Of a stretch of DNA of 32,687 bases, positions 23,878 to 31,769 are shown one piece after another. The notes under the pieces were generated by a model, which saw nothing but the letters and a program-made list of their open reading frames with translations, was not told the origin of the DNA and ran no database searches. Made by a program: the position numbers and the translations under genes. This DNA is from Dehalococcoidia bacterium (lineage in GTDB: Bacteria; Chloroflexota; Dehalococcoidia; Lucifugimonadales; UBA3495), in assembly GCA_047516825.1 (NCBI GenBank), contig JAKZUA010000062.1, positions 1-32,687 of the forward strand, in the 5' to 3' direction. Positions within the stretch are counted from its first letter, which is position 1. The number at the start of each line of letters is the position of its first letter.

Positions 23878-25022
23878 TGCCCCGAGCCGCATTTATCTAC
23901 GAGAGCGCTTTATCCCAGCACGTGCTCCGCCCGGATCACCCCATGCGACCGGCCCGCCTGCGCCATACTTACCAGCTGCTTCAATCCTACGGAGCCTTCG
24001 ACGACGGAAAATCCCAACTGCTGGCTCCCCGCCCCGCCACCCTGGAAGAGCTGGGGTTGCTCCACACCTCCGAATACATCGCGGCGGTCCAAGGCCTGAG
24101 CACAGGCCTGAGCATACCCAACGCCGAGCGATTCGGCTTCAGCGCCAGGGGAGATAACCCGGTCTACGAAGGAATGTACGAGGCGGCGCTGCTCAGCACC
24201 GGCGCGACCCTGATGGCCGCCGAACTGGTCGCCAGCCACCAGTTGGATGTAGCCTTCAACATTTCGGGCGGACTGCATCACGCCGCCCCGGGCCATGCCT
24301 CCGGGTTTTGCATCTTCAATGATCCGGCCGTGGCGATCAAATACCTGCTGGGCCTGGGGCTGCGGGTTGCCTACGTCGATATCGACGCCCATCATGGAGA
24401 CGGAGTCCAGAACGCCTTCCTCGATGATAACCGAGTCCTGACCATCTCGATCCACGAATCGGGTAGATACCTCTTCCCTGGAACCGGATTCGTGGACGAG
24501 TCGGGAACTGCGCCGGCCATCGGCTACTCGGTGAACCTGCCCCTTTACCCCTATACGGAAGATGAGGTTTATCTCCAGGCCTTCCAGGAGGTGGTTCCGC
24601 CGCTGCTGGCGGCCTTCGCCCCGGACATTTTGGTTACCCAACTGGGCATCGACAGCTACCACACCGACCCGCTGACCCACTTGCAGGTAACCTCCCGGGG
24701 CTTCGTGGAGGCTGTCCGATTCTTCTCAGGGCTAGGGCTGCCCTGGTTAGCTTTGGGAGGGGGAGGCTACGACCTGGGAGCGGTGGCGCGCTGCTGGAGC
24801 CTGGCCTATGGGGTGATGGTGGATGCGGAATGGCCGGATACCATCCCCGGAGAGTTATCCCAGGAGCTGGGTGCTACTCAGCTAAGAGACACCGTAAAAC
24901 CGGAGATACCGGAGGAGGTGCGGTTAGAGACGAGGCGATTAGCCGAAGAAGGTGTGGCCGCAATCAAGAAGGATGTGTTCCCTCTCTTTGGAATCGGGGG
25001 ACAGGGGGGCATCAGGGTATGA
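23877..25022 (+). CDS. Histone deacetylase-family enzyme (AcuC / acetoin-utilisation-type class I HDAC homologue)
   Basis: HP--P-R, SGGLHHA--G-ASGFCIFND, YVDIDAHHGDGVQ-AF (Zn ligands Asp/His), and SIHESGRYLFPGTG. Confidence 0.9.
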   Translation: MPRAAFIYESALSQHVLRPDHPMRPARLRHTYQLLQSYGAFDDGKSQLLAPRPATLEELGLLHTSEYIAAVQGLSTGLSIPNAERFGFSARGDNPVYEGMYEAALLSTGATLMAAELVASHQLDVAFNISGGLHHAAPGHASGFCIFNDPAVAIKYLLGLGLRVAYVDIDAHHGDGVQNAFLDDNRVLTISIHESGRYLFPGTGFVDESGTAPAIGYSVNLPLYPYTEDEVYLQAFQEVVPPLLAAFAPDILVTQLGIDSYHTDPLTHLQVTSRGFVEAVRFFSGLGLPWLALGGGGYDLGAVARCWSLAYGVMVDAEWPDTIPGELSQELGATQLRDTVKPEIPEEVRLETRRLAEEGVAAIKKDVFPLFGIGGQGGIRV

Positions 25023-25135
25023 ACGGGCATCAGGGGATAAAAGTCCGCCCAACCCCGGCGATCTCTGGTTGGCTCGAGATCGGCGCGGAGCGGGCCGGGT
25101 GTTTTGGCTTTAATTGGCCTTTTTAATTAAATCGC

Positions 25136-25429
25136 TTAGTTAACCTGGTGAGTTTTCCGCAGCAACTCCTTGGCGGCCTCGCCGATATTGGCTTCTATCG
25201 AGTCGCGCAACGTGGAATAGATCGCCTTGTTGATGGCGTTCATCATCCAGGTTTCATAATCCGGATCTACTTGATAGCTGTTCTGAAGGGCTATCACTCT
25301 TTGAAGCAAACTCAGGTAGTGGTACTGCAATGGCGTTAAGGTCAGGTCAATTCCTTCTATGGTCCCGGTCGTTCCGGTTTCCCCATTTTCCGCCAATTCC
25401 TGATCTGCGCTTTCTGATTGGGAGCTCAT
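25136..25429 (-). CDS. Hypothetical 97-aa acidic helical protein downstream of dnaK
   Basis: AGGAGAG lies 5 nt before ATG 25429. A perfect TATAAT (reverse complement of 25482-25487) lies in the 99-nt gap after dnaK. No motif recognised. Confidence 0.55.
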   Translation of the reverse strand: MSSQSESADQELAENGETGTTGTIEGIDLTLTPLQYHYLSLLQRVIALQNSYQVDPDYETWMMNAINKAIYSTLRDSIEANIGEAAKELLRKTHQVN

Positions 25430-25528
25430 CTATACTCTCCTAGATGGAGCCGTGTACGGCCTTGCCGGCCGACGTGGGAACATTATAACAGATAGTCCAT
25501 ACCAGCCGTAAAGGGGATATGCTCCAGT

Positions 25529-27514
25529 TTAGACTTCCCTGAACTCGCCTTCAACAGTGCTGTCACCCTCCTCCGCTTCGGCGACTTCGCCATCAGCCTG
25601 GGTTTCGTCCTCTGAATCCGCGCCGTCGCCCGATAGGTCACTGTCTATGTCGCCCGTATCCTCCATATCTCCCATCGGGCCATCCGCGGGCATGTCGCTA
25701 GCCGCGGCCTGGCTATAAACCGCTTGCCCCAGCCGTTGCAGCGCGCTGTTCAGGTCCGCCATGGAGGTCTGCATCTCCGGCACGCTGTTGGCTTCAATAG
25801 CGGATTTCAGCGTGGCCAGTTTCCCTTCCACCTCTTCCTTCAAGTCCTCCGGGACCTTATCGGCGTTATCGGCTATCATCTTCTCGGTGGTGTAAACCAG
25901 CGAGTCGGCCTGGTTTCTTGTTTCCACCTCGGCGCGACGGCGCTGGTCATCGTCCTCGTGGTTTTTAGCGTCATCGACCATCTTTTCGATATCTTCTTTG
26001 GCCAGACCGGAACTGGGCTGGATTACTATCTTTTGCTCCTTGCCAGTACCCTTGTCCACGGCGGAGACGCTGAGGATGCCGTTAGCGTCAATATCGAAGG
26101 AAACCTCAATCTGGGGCACTCCTCGGGGCGCCGGCAAGACTCCGTCAAGGATAAACCTGCCAATGGACTTGTTATCCGTGGCCATCTGCCGCTCGCCCTG
26201 CAAAACGTGAATGTCCACACTGTTCTGATTGTCTGCGGCGGTGGTGAAAGTCTCGGCCTTCTTGGTGGGAATGGTGGTGTTCCTGGTAATCAGGTTGGTC
26301 ATTACGCTACCCAGGGTTTCCAGGCCCAGAGTCAGCGGGGTGACGTCCAGCAAGACAATGTCGCCCACTTCACCACCCAGGATCCCGGCTTGGATCGCCG
26401 CGCCCAGGGCCACGGCCTCGTCCGGGTTGACCGACCGGCTAGGCTCCTTGCCGAATATACCCTTGACCTTCTCCTGGACGGCGGGCATGCGGGTCATCCC
26501 TCCCACCAGCACCACGTCATCGATCTCGCTGGGACTGATGCCAGAATCGGTCAGGGCCTGGCGACAGGGATTCTCGGTACGGGCTATCAGGTCTCCAACA
26601 AGCTGCTCCATGCGGGACCGGCTCAAAGTTTTGACCAGGTGCTGGGGACCGCTGGCATCGGCGGTAATGAAGGGCAGGTTAATCTCCGTTTCCACCGTGC
26701 TGGAAAGCTCCACCTTGGCCCGCTCCGCCGCATCCCGCAGCCGCTGCAGGGCCATGCGGTCCTTGCTCAGGTCGATTCCGGTTTCCTGTAGGAACTCGCG
26801 ATTCAGCCACTCCAAAATCTCCTGGTCGAAGTCGTCACCACCCAAATAGGTATCTCCGTTGGTGGACTTGACCTCGAAGACCCCATCTCCCATTTGCAGG
26901 ATGGTTACATCGAAGGTGCCCCCGCCCAGGTCGAACACCGCCACCGTAGCATCCACCTTCTGCTTGTCCAAGCCGTAGGCCAGGGAGGAAGCCGTCGGCT
27001 CGTTGATGATACGCAATACTTCCAGGCCGGCGATGGTGCCGGCATCCTTGGTGGCCTGCCGCTGGGCGTCGTTAAAATAAGCGGGTACAGTGATTACCGC
27101 CTGGGAAATCTTCTCGCCCAGCTTGGCCTCGGCGTCCTGGCGGATCTTTTGCAGGACCATGGAGGATATCTGCGGCGGCGCGTAGGATTCACCACTCATC
27201 TCCACGTGAGCGTCACCATTGGCCGCCTTGACAATTTTATAGGGCAGCCGGCCCATGGCCGAGGAAACCTCCGGGTCTTCGAACTTGCGGCCCATCAGTC
27301 GCTTGACGGAGAAGACGGTGTTCTCCGGGTTGGTCACCGCCTGTCTTTTGGCGGTTTGCCCGACGTATCTCTCGTTACTCTTGACATTGACGGCGACCAC
27401 CGAGGGTGTGATCCGGCCTCCTTCAGCGTTCTCAACCACCACCGGCTCGCCCGCCTCGATGACGGCGGCCACCGAGTTGGTCGTGCCCAAATCTATACCC
27501 AGGACCTTAGCCAT
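25529..27514 (-). CDS. dnaK: Molecular chaperone DnaK (Hsp70)
   Basis: [27 protein letters not shown] and [19 protein letters not shown] lies 6 nt upstream of the ATG. Long acidic C-terminal tail. Confidence 0.97.
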   Translation of the reverse strand: MAKVLGIDLGTTNSVAAVIEAGEPVVVENAEGGRITPSVVAVNVKSNERYVGQTAKRQAVTNPENTVFSVKRLMGRKFEDPEVSSAMGRLPYKIVKAANGDAHVEMSGESYAPPQISSMVLQKIRQDAEAKLGEKISQAVITVPAYFNDAQRQATKDAGTIAGLEVLRIINEPTASSLAYGLDKQKVDATVAVFDLGGGTFDVTILQMGDGVFEVKSTNGDTYLGGDDFDQEILEWLNREFLQETGIDLSKDRMALQRLRDAAERAKVELSSTVETEINLPFITADASGPQHLVKTLSRSRMEQLVGDLIARTENPCRQALTDSGISPSEIDDVVLVGGMTRMPAVQEKVKGIFGKEPSRSVNPDEAVALGAAIQAGILGGEVGDIVLLDVTPLTLGLETLGSVMTNLITRNTTIPTKKAETFTTAADNQNSVDIHVLQGERQMATDNKSIGRFILDGVLPAPRGVPQIEVSFDIDANGILSVSAVDKGTGKEQKIVIQPSSGLAKEDIEKMVDDAKNHEDDDQRRRAEVETRNQADSLVYTTEKMIADNADKVPEDLKEEVEGKLATLKSAIEANSVPEMQTSMADLNSALQRLGQAVYSQAAASDMPADGPMGDMEDTGDIDSDLSGDGADSEDETQADGEVAEAEEGDSTVEGEFREV

Positions 27515-27559
27515 AGTGTGTCTCCTTTTTTCCTATACGTGGGGCGGATGCGACTGGGT

Positions 27560-27587
27560 TTACCGGGTTACCGGGTTATTTACCGGG
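27560..27587. repeat. Three copies of the octamer TTACCGGG spanning the grpE stop codon
   Basis: TTACCGGG occurs at 27560, 27568 and 27580. On the minus strand this reads CCCGGTAA ATAA CCCGGTAA CCCGGTAA, giving two in-frame TAA stops four codons apart. Confidence 0.8.
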
Positions 27588-28200
27588 CTACCACCACTTG
27601 GGCCGCCTGGATGACCCGCTCGTGGAGCCGGTAGCCGTTGCGTACTACCTGGATAATTTGGCCTGAGGCAAACTTCTTATCCTCTTCTTCGGTTCCCACC
27701 GCTTCATGCTCCACCGGGTTGAAGGGCGCTCCTATTGCATCTATTTTGGTAACGCCTTCGGTCTCCAGCAGGGCGGCTACCTTGCGTTGAATCAGCCTGA
27801 CCCCTTCCACCCAGGATTTGCTGGGTTTCTTCCCATCGGCATGATTAACGGCTAGTTCCAGCTCATCTACCACCGGCAGCATCTTGACCAATAATCGACT
27901 GTTGGATTGACGCTGCAACGCGATTCGGTCATCATCGGTCCGCTTACGGAAGTTACTCAGCTCGGCCTGGGCCCTTTGGGCCAGTTCCTTGCTCTCCCCG
28001 GCATCCTTCTTAATCGAGTGCAAATCCTTAAGAAGGGCCAAAACCTGCTCTTCCAAACCCAAATGGCCGTATTCGTTCACCAGCTCTTCATTCAAATCAT
28101 CCGGCAACTCTTCCGGCATCTCTCCCAACAAAGCTCCAGGGATCAATTCCTCAGGGGAGTCCGGTTCGCTACTTTGAGCTTCTTCCCTATCTTCCGTCAT
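27580..28200 (-). CDS. grpE: Nucleotide exchange factor GrpE
   Basis: The C-terminal FNP--HEAV...V-Q-GY-L--RV-R-A-V-V motif, a long helical acidic N-terminus, and its position between hspR and dnaK. Confidence 0.93.
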   Translation of the reverse strand: MTEDREEAQSSEPDSPEELIPGALLGEMPEELPDDLNEELVNEYGHLGLEEQVLALLKDLHSIKKDAGESKELAQRAQAELSNFRKRTDDDRIALQRQSNSRLLVKMLPVVDELELAVNHADGKKPSKSWVEGVRLIQRKVAALLETEGVTKIDAIGAPFNPVEHEAVGTEEEDKKFASGQIIQVVRNGYRLHERVIQAAQVVVAR

Positions 28201-28228
28201 TCGTTAATCCTAGCCTTGGCTGATTGGG

Positions 28229-28750
28229 TTAGACCGGCAGATTCAACCTGCGGTACAGTCTGATCACTTCTTGCTCTATTGTCTCTACTAGGGTTTCACG
28301 CGGCGCGGTGTCAGCGACGGCGGAAGCCAGCCGACGCTCCAACTCCACCAGATTCTCCACCAAGTTCAGGGCGAATTCAACCCCGGCCAAATTCAGCCCC
28401 AAGTTGTCCATCAAGTGCCTGATGAGCAGTATCTTCCGGATATCTTCCCGGGAATAGAGCCGCAGCATTCCACCGGTCCGCTCCGGGTTCACCAGCCCCA
28501 GCCGCTCGTATTTCCGAAGGGTCTGCGGGTGCATCTCCAGGATGCGCGCGGCCACGCTGATGATGTAGATCCCTTGGATCTCCACCACCGGCCTCCCCGG
28601 GGATTTCTCCGCCTGGGATTCAGTCGGGGAGCCGGTGGCCGGTTCCCGCTTTACCACCTCGGGAAAGACCTCCTGGGGCCAGGATGGCGGTATCTGGGGC
28701 GGCGCTGCCTCCCCCTCTTCTATTATTCTACGCCTAGACCTCTGATACAT
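28229..28750 (-). CDS. hspR: MerR-family heat-shock repressor HspR
   Basis: [41 protein letters not shown] is the MerR/HspR HTH. It is the first gene of the hspR-grpE-dnaK string. A ~55-aa low-complexity N-terminal extension may not be translated; an alternative GTG lies at 28585, 6 nt after GGGGAGG. Confidence 0.85.
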   Translation of the reverse strand: [173 protein letters not shown]

Positions 28751-28817
28751 GAAGGATTTTTCGCCCGAACCTGGTTTAGTTTTTTGGGATTAGTTTGCTT
28801 AGGTATTAGGGTAATGG

Positions 28818-28836
28818 TTGACACGGTTTATGTCAA
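28818..28836. promoter_or_regulatory. HAIR-like palindromic operator TTGACA-N7-TGTCAA
   Basis: A perfect 6-N7-6 inverted repeat. It keeps the TTGA-N11-TCAA core and spacing of the HspR-associated inverted repeat CTTGAGT-N7-ACTCAAG. It lies in the hspR upstream region. Confidence 0.55.
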
Positions 28837-28846
28837 GGTTTATTAT
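28818..28846 (+). promoter_or_regulatory. Strong sigma-70-type promoter reading rightwards: TTGACA-17-TATTAT
   Basis: TTGACA 28818-28823, 17-nt spacer, TATTAT 28841-28846. The opposite half-site TGTCAA is TTGACA on the minus strand, 17 nt from TACCCT (28813-28808), a candidate hspR promoter. Confidence 0.5.
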
Positions 28847-28911
28847 GTGCTTCACACATGGTTATTAACACAAAGGAGGTCAAGAACTGGATTCCTCGGC
28901 CGAGGGGATGG

Positions 28912-29100
28912 ATGATGATTAAACTAAAGGCTTGCCCTAAATGCCACGGAGACCTATATCTGGAAAGAGACCAATACGGCAGGTACCTGAGCTGCCTGCA
29001 GTGCGGCTATATGATGGAACTACTTGAGGAACTACCGGAAAATAGACTTTCCAAGCAGCCTCCGCGGACTCCCGCCGAGGCGGAACGCCTGGCGGCATAG
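28912..29100 (+). CDS. Hypothetical small Zn-ribbon protein (CPKC...CLQCG)
   Basis: MMIKLKACPKCHGDLYLERDQYGRYLSCLQCGY is a CxxC-N16-CxxC ribbon. GAGGGGA lies just upstream of the ATG pair at 28912/28915; the ORF-track start at 28858 would be almost leaderless. A stronger AAGGAGGT at 28873 has only an in-frame ATT 10 nt downstream. Confidence 0.55.
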   Translation: MMIKLKACPKCHGDLYLERDQYGRYLSCLQCGYMMELLEELPENRLSKQPPRTPAEAERLAA

Positions 29101-29157
29101 AACTCCTGCCGCCATCCGGGTTGATTCTAGCGACAATCTCACCAATGGCCCAGCCCG

Positions 29158-29227
29158 CTGGCGGTAGCCGGGGCGACTACGCCTTTCTACCACTGGCGGC
29201 AACCGGGGCGACTACGCCTTTCTGCCA
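29158..29227. repeat. Two tandem 35-bp direct repeats upstream of the rhodanese gene
   Basis: CTGGCGGTAGCCGGGGCGACTACGCCTTTCTACCA (29158-29192) and CTGGCGGCAACCGGGGCGACTACGCCTTTCTGCCA (29193-29227). 32 of 35 positions are identical. Confidence 0.9.
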
Positions 29228-29338
29228 ATGACAGCTTTGCATCGTATGGGTACACTGAGCATCTAAGCTGGCGTAAACGGTATTGGCGGGCTCAAAGGTA
29301 GCCAGGTCGAAATCTTAAGCAGACACAGAGGAGGTAGT

Positions 29339-30181
29339 ATGGCCGATTATTCTAATCCCGAGTCTCTGGTAAGCACCCAGTGGGTAGCGGATCACGGCAG
29401 CGACGCCAACGTGCGGTTGGTGGAGGTGGACGTCGATACCGCCGCCTACGAGCAGGGCCACGTCGCCGGAGCGGTAGGCTGGAACTGGCAGAGCCAGTTG
29501 CAGCAGTCGGTTCGCCGCGACATTCCCAGCAAGGCCGAAATGGAACAGTTGCTGGGTAGCGCCGGGATAGACCAGGATACAAGGGTAGTGTTATACGGCG
29601 ACAACAATAACTGGTTCGCCTGCTGGGCTTTCTGGCAGCTGAAATACTACGGGCACAACGACGTCACCATCATGAACGGGGGCCGGGCCAAGTGGACCGC
29701 CGAGAACCGCCCGCTGACCACCGACGTGCCCAACCAGGCCGCCAAGACCTATCGAGCCAGTGAGCCCAATCAAAGCCTGCGGGCCCTCCGGGACCAGGTA
29801 TTGGCCTCGGTCAACGCGGGCAACGTCGCCCTAGTGGACGTCCGGTCTCCCGACGAATACGCCGGCAACCTGCTGGCCCCGCCCGCCCTGCCTCAGGAAG
29901 GCGCCCAGCGGGGCGGTCATATCCCCGGCGCCGCCAACATCCCCTGGGCGCAGGCGGCCAACGAGGACGGCACCTTCAAGTCGGCCGACGATCTCCAGGC
30001 GCTGTACGACGGCAAGGGCATCGACGGCAGCAAGGAAACCATAGCCTACTGCCGCATCGGCGAGCGCTCCTCCCACACTTGGTTCGTGCTGACCCAGCTT
30101 CTGGGACACGGCAACGTCCGCAACTACGACGGCTCTTGGACCGAGTGTGGCAGTATCGTCGGAGCGCCCATCGAGAAGTAA
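29339..30181 (+). CDS. Thiosulfate/3-mercaptopyruvate sulfurtransferase (tandem rhodanese domains)
   Basis: Two rhodanese domains. The active-site loop CRIGERSSHTWFVL and the C-terminal YDGSW-E are typical of SseA/CysA-type sulfurtransferases. AGAGGAGGT lies upstream of ATG 29339. Confidence 0.92.
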   Translation: MADYSNPESLVSTQWVADHGSDANVRLVEVDVDTAAYEQGHVAGAVGWNWQSQLQQSVRRDIPSKAEMEQLLGSAGIDQDTRVVLYGDNNNWFACWAFWQLKYYGHNDVTIMNGGRAKWTAENRPLTTDVPNQAAKTYRASEPNQSLRALRDQVLASVNAGNVALVDVRSPDEYAGNLLAPPALPQEGAQRGGHIPGAANIPWAQAANEDGTFKSADDLQALYDGKGIDGSKETIAYCRIGERSSHTWFVLTQLLGHGNVRNYDGSWTECGSIVGAPIEK

Positions 30182-30223
30182 CCCGGCCCCGGGCGTAGGC
30201 CGCTAGCTAGCCATCAAAAATCA

Positions 30224-30251
30224 GTAGGGGCACGGCATGCCGTGCCCCTAC
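30224..30251. terminator. Bidirectional terminator between rhodanese and serS
   Basis: GTAGGGGCACGGCA|TGCCGTGCCCCTAC is a perfect 28-nt palindrome. AAAAA lies on its left, which gives a U-run for the minus-strand serS transcript. TTGGCTTG lies on its right. Confidence 0.75.
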
Positions 30252-30316
30252 TTGGCTTGTCCGAACCCGATTCTCCATGTTAGCAAGGACGCCGCCGGTC
30301 AGCGCGGGCGGGATTT

Positions 30317-31618
30317 CTAGCCGCCGGCCGGGGATGGGCCGGCCGGGGAAGGAATAACATCGAATCCGGTGTAGGGCCGCAGCACCTCCGGAATCACCAC
30401 CGACCCGTCCTCCTGCTGGTAATTCTCCAGCAGCGCGATCATCACTCGGGGCAGCGCCAGCCCGGAGCCGTTCAGGGTGTGAACGAAGTCCGGGCGAGCC
30501 CCGCTGGCCGGCCGGTAACGGATGTTGGCCCGCCTGGCCTGAAAATCGGTGCAGTTGGAGCAGGAGCTTACCTCCAGCCATTCTTCGCAGCCCGCCGCCC
30601 ACACTTCTATATCGAAGGATTTGGCCGAGGCAAAACCCATGTCCCCGGCGCAGAGCTCCAGTATCCGGTAAGCCAGTCCCAAACGCCGGCAGACATCCTC
30701 AGCATCGGCCAGCAAGCGGCCCAGCTCCTCGTCCGAGGTTTCGGGGGCGACGAACTTGTACATCTCCACCTTGTTGAACTGATGCACCCTCTTGATGCCC
30801 CGCGTGTCCCGGCCCGCCGCCGCCTTCTCCCTACGAAAACAGGGAGTATGGGCCACGTAATAGCGGGGCAATGATTCGTGGGCCAGTATCTCATCCCGAT
30901 GGAGATTGGTAATGGGGACCTCGGCGGTGGGTACCAGCCACAGGTCATCTTCGTCGTCGTGGTAAAGATTATCGGCGAACTTGGGCAGGTTCCCGGAGCC
31001 TTCCATGATCTCCCGCCGCACCAGAATCGGGAGCAGCATCTCGGTGTAGCCGTGCTCGGCGGCGTGGAGGTCCAGCATCCAGGCAATGAGGGCCCGTTCC
31101 AGCTTGGCGCCAGCGCCGGAAAGGGTGTAGAAGCGGCTGCCGGAGAGCTTCACCCCCCGCTGGAAGTCTATAATTCCCAGCTCCTCGCCCAGCTCCCAGT
31201 GGGGCCGAGGTGGGAAGGGCAATGCCACCGGCTCTCCCCAATGCCGCGCTATCACGTTGCCCTCTTCGTCCAAACCCGGCGGCACGTCGGCGCGGGGCAG
31301 GTTGGGCAGGCTTAGCAGAATGCTCTGGATGGTCTCCTCCAGCTCCTTTACCTGCTGCTCCAATTCGGCGATGCGCTGGCCGACCTGCCGCATCTCTTCC
31401 ACCGCATCTGGGGGAGGTTCCTGGCCGGAGGCGCGAAGCTGGCCGATGCGGCGGCTAACCTGGTTTCGCTCCGAACGCAGCTCATCGCCCTGGGAGATGC
31501 CCTGACGGCGCCGGGCGTCCAGCTCCAGCAGCTCCCCCAGGGGGTTTTCCTCCCCCCGGGACTCCAGCGCTTTTATGACGTAGTCTGGGTCTTTGCGAAT
31601 CAGCTCAATGGATAGCAT
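30317..31618 (-). CDS. serS: Seryl-tRNA synthetase
   Basis: N-terminal coiled-coil arm (MLSIELIRKDPD...), class II motifs (FRRE, GIKRVHQF-KVE, TLNGSGLA-PR). Confidence 0.95.
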   Translation of the reverse strand: MLSIELIRKDPDYVIKALESRGEENPLGELLELDARRRQGISQGDELRSERNQVSRRIGQLRASGQEPPPDAVEEMRQVGQRIAELEQQVKELEETIQSILLSLPNLPRADVPPGLDEEGNVIARHWGEPVALPFPPRPHWELGEELGIIDFQRGVKLSGSRFYTLSGAGAKLERALIAWMLDLHAAEHGYTEMLLPILVRREIMEGSGNLPKFADNLYHDDEDDLWLVPTAEVPITNLHRDEILAHESLPRYYVAHTPCFRREKAAAGRDTRGIKRVHQFNKVEMYKFVAPETSDEELGRLLADAEDVCRRLGLAYRILELCAGDMGFASAKSFDIEVWAAGCEEWLEVSSCSNCTDFQARRANIRYRPASGARPDFVHTLNGSGLALPRVMIALLENYQQEDGSVVIPEVLRPYTGFDVIPSPAGPSPAGG

Positions 31619-31717
31619 GCTGTCAATTACTGAGTCTTGAATCCCTAGCTAACCCCAGTGGGGTGAGCTTCCCTTCGCGAAAATCCCCCTATATCTCCCT
31701 TTTCAAAGGGGGGCTTT

Positions 31718-31743
31718 GGAGAAAGAACCGGCCGGCTGGCCGG
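31718..31743 (-). terminator. Candidate terminator after lysS
   Basis: CCGGCC (31728-31733) pairs with GGCCGG (31738-31743). On the minus strand the hairpin is followed by TTCTTTCTCC. A second small CCCTT-TTCA-AAGGG hairpin lies at 31697-31710. Confidence 0.45.
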
Positions 31744-31769
31744 CAGTCCCGACAATGACTACCACACCC

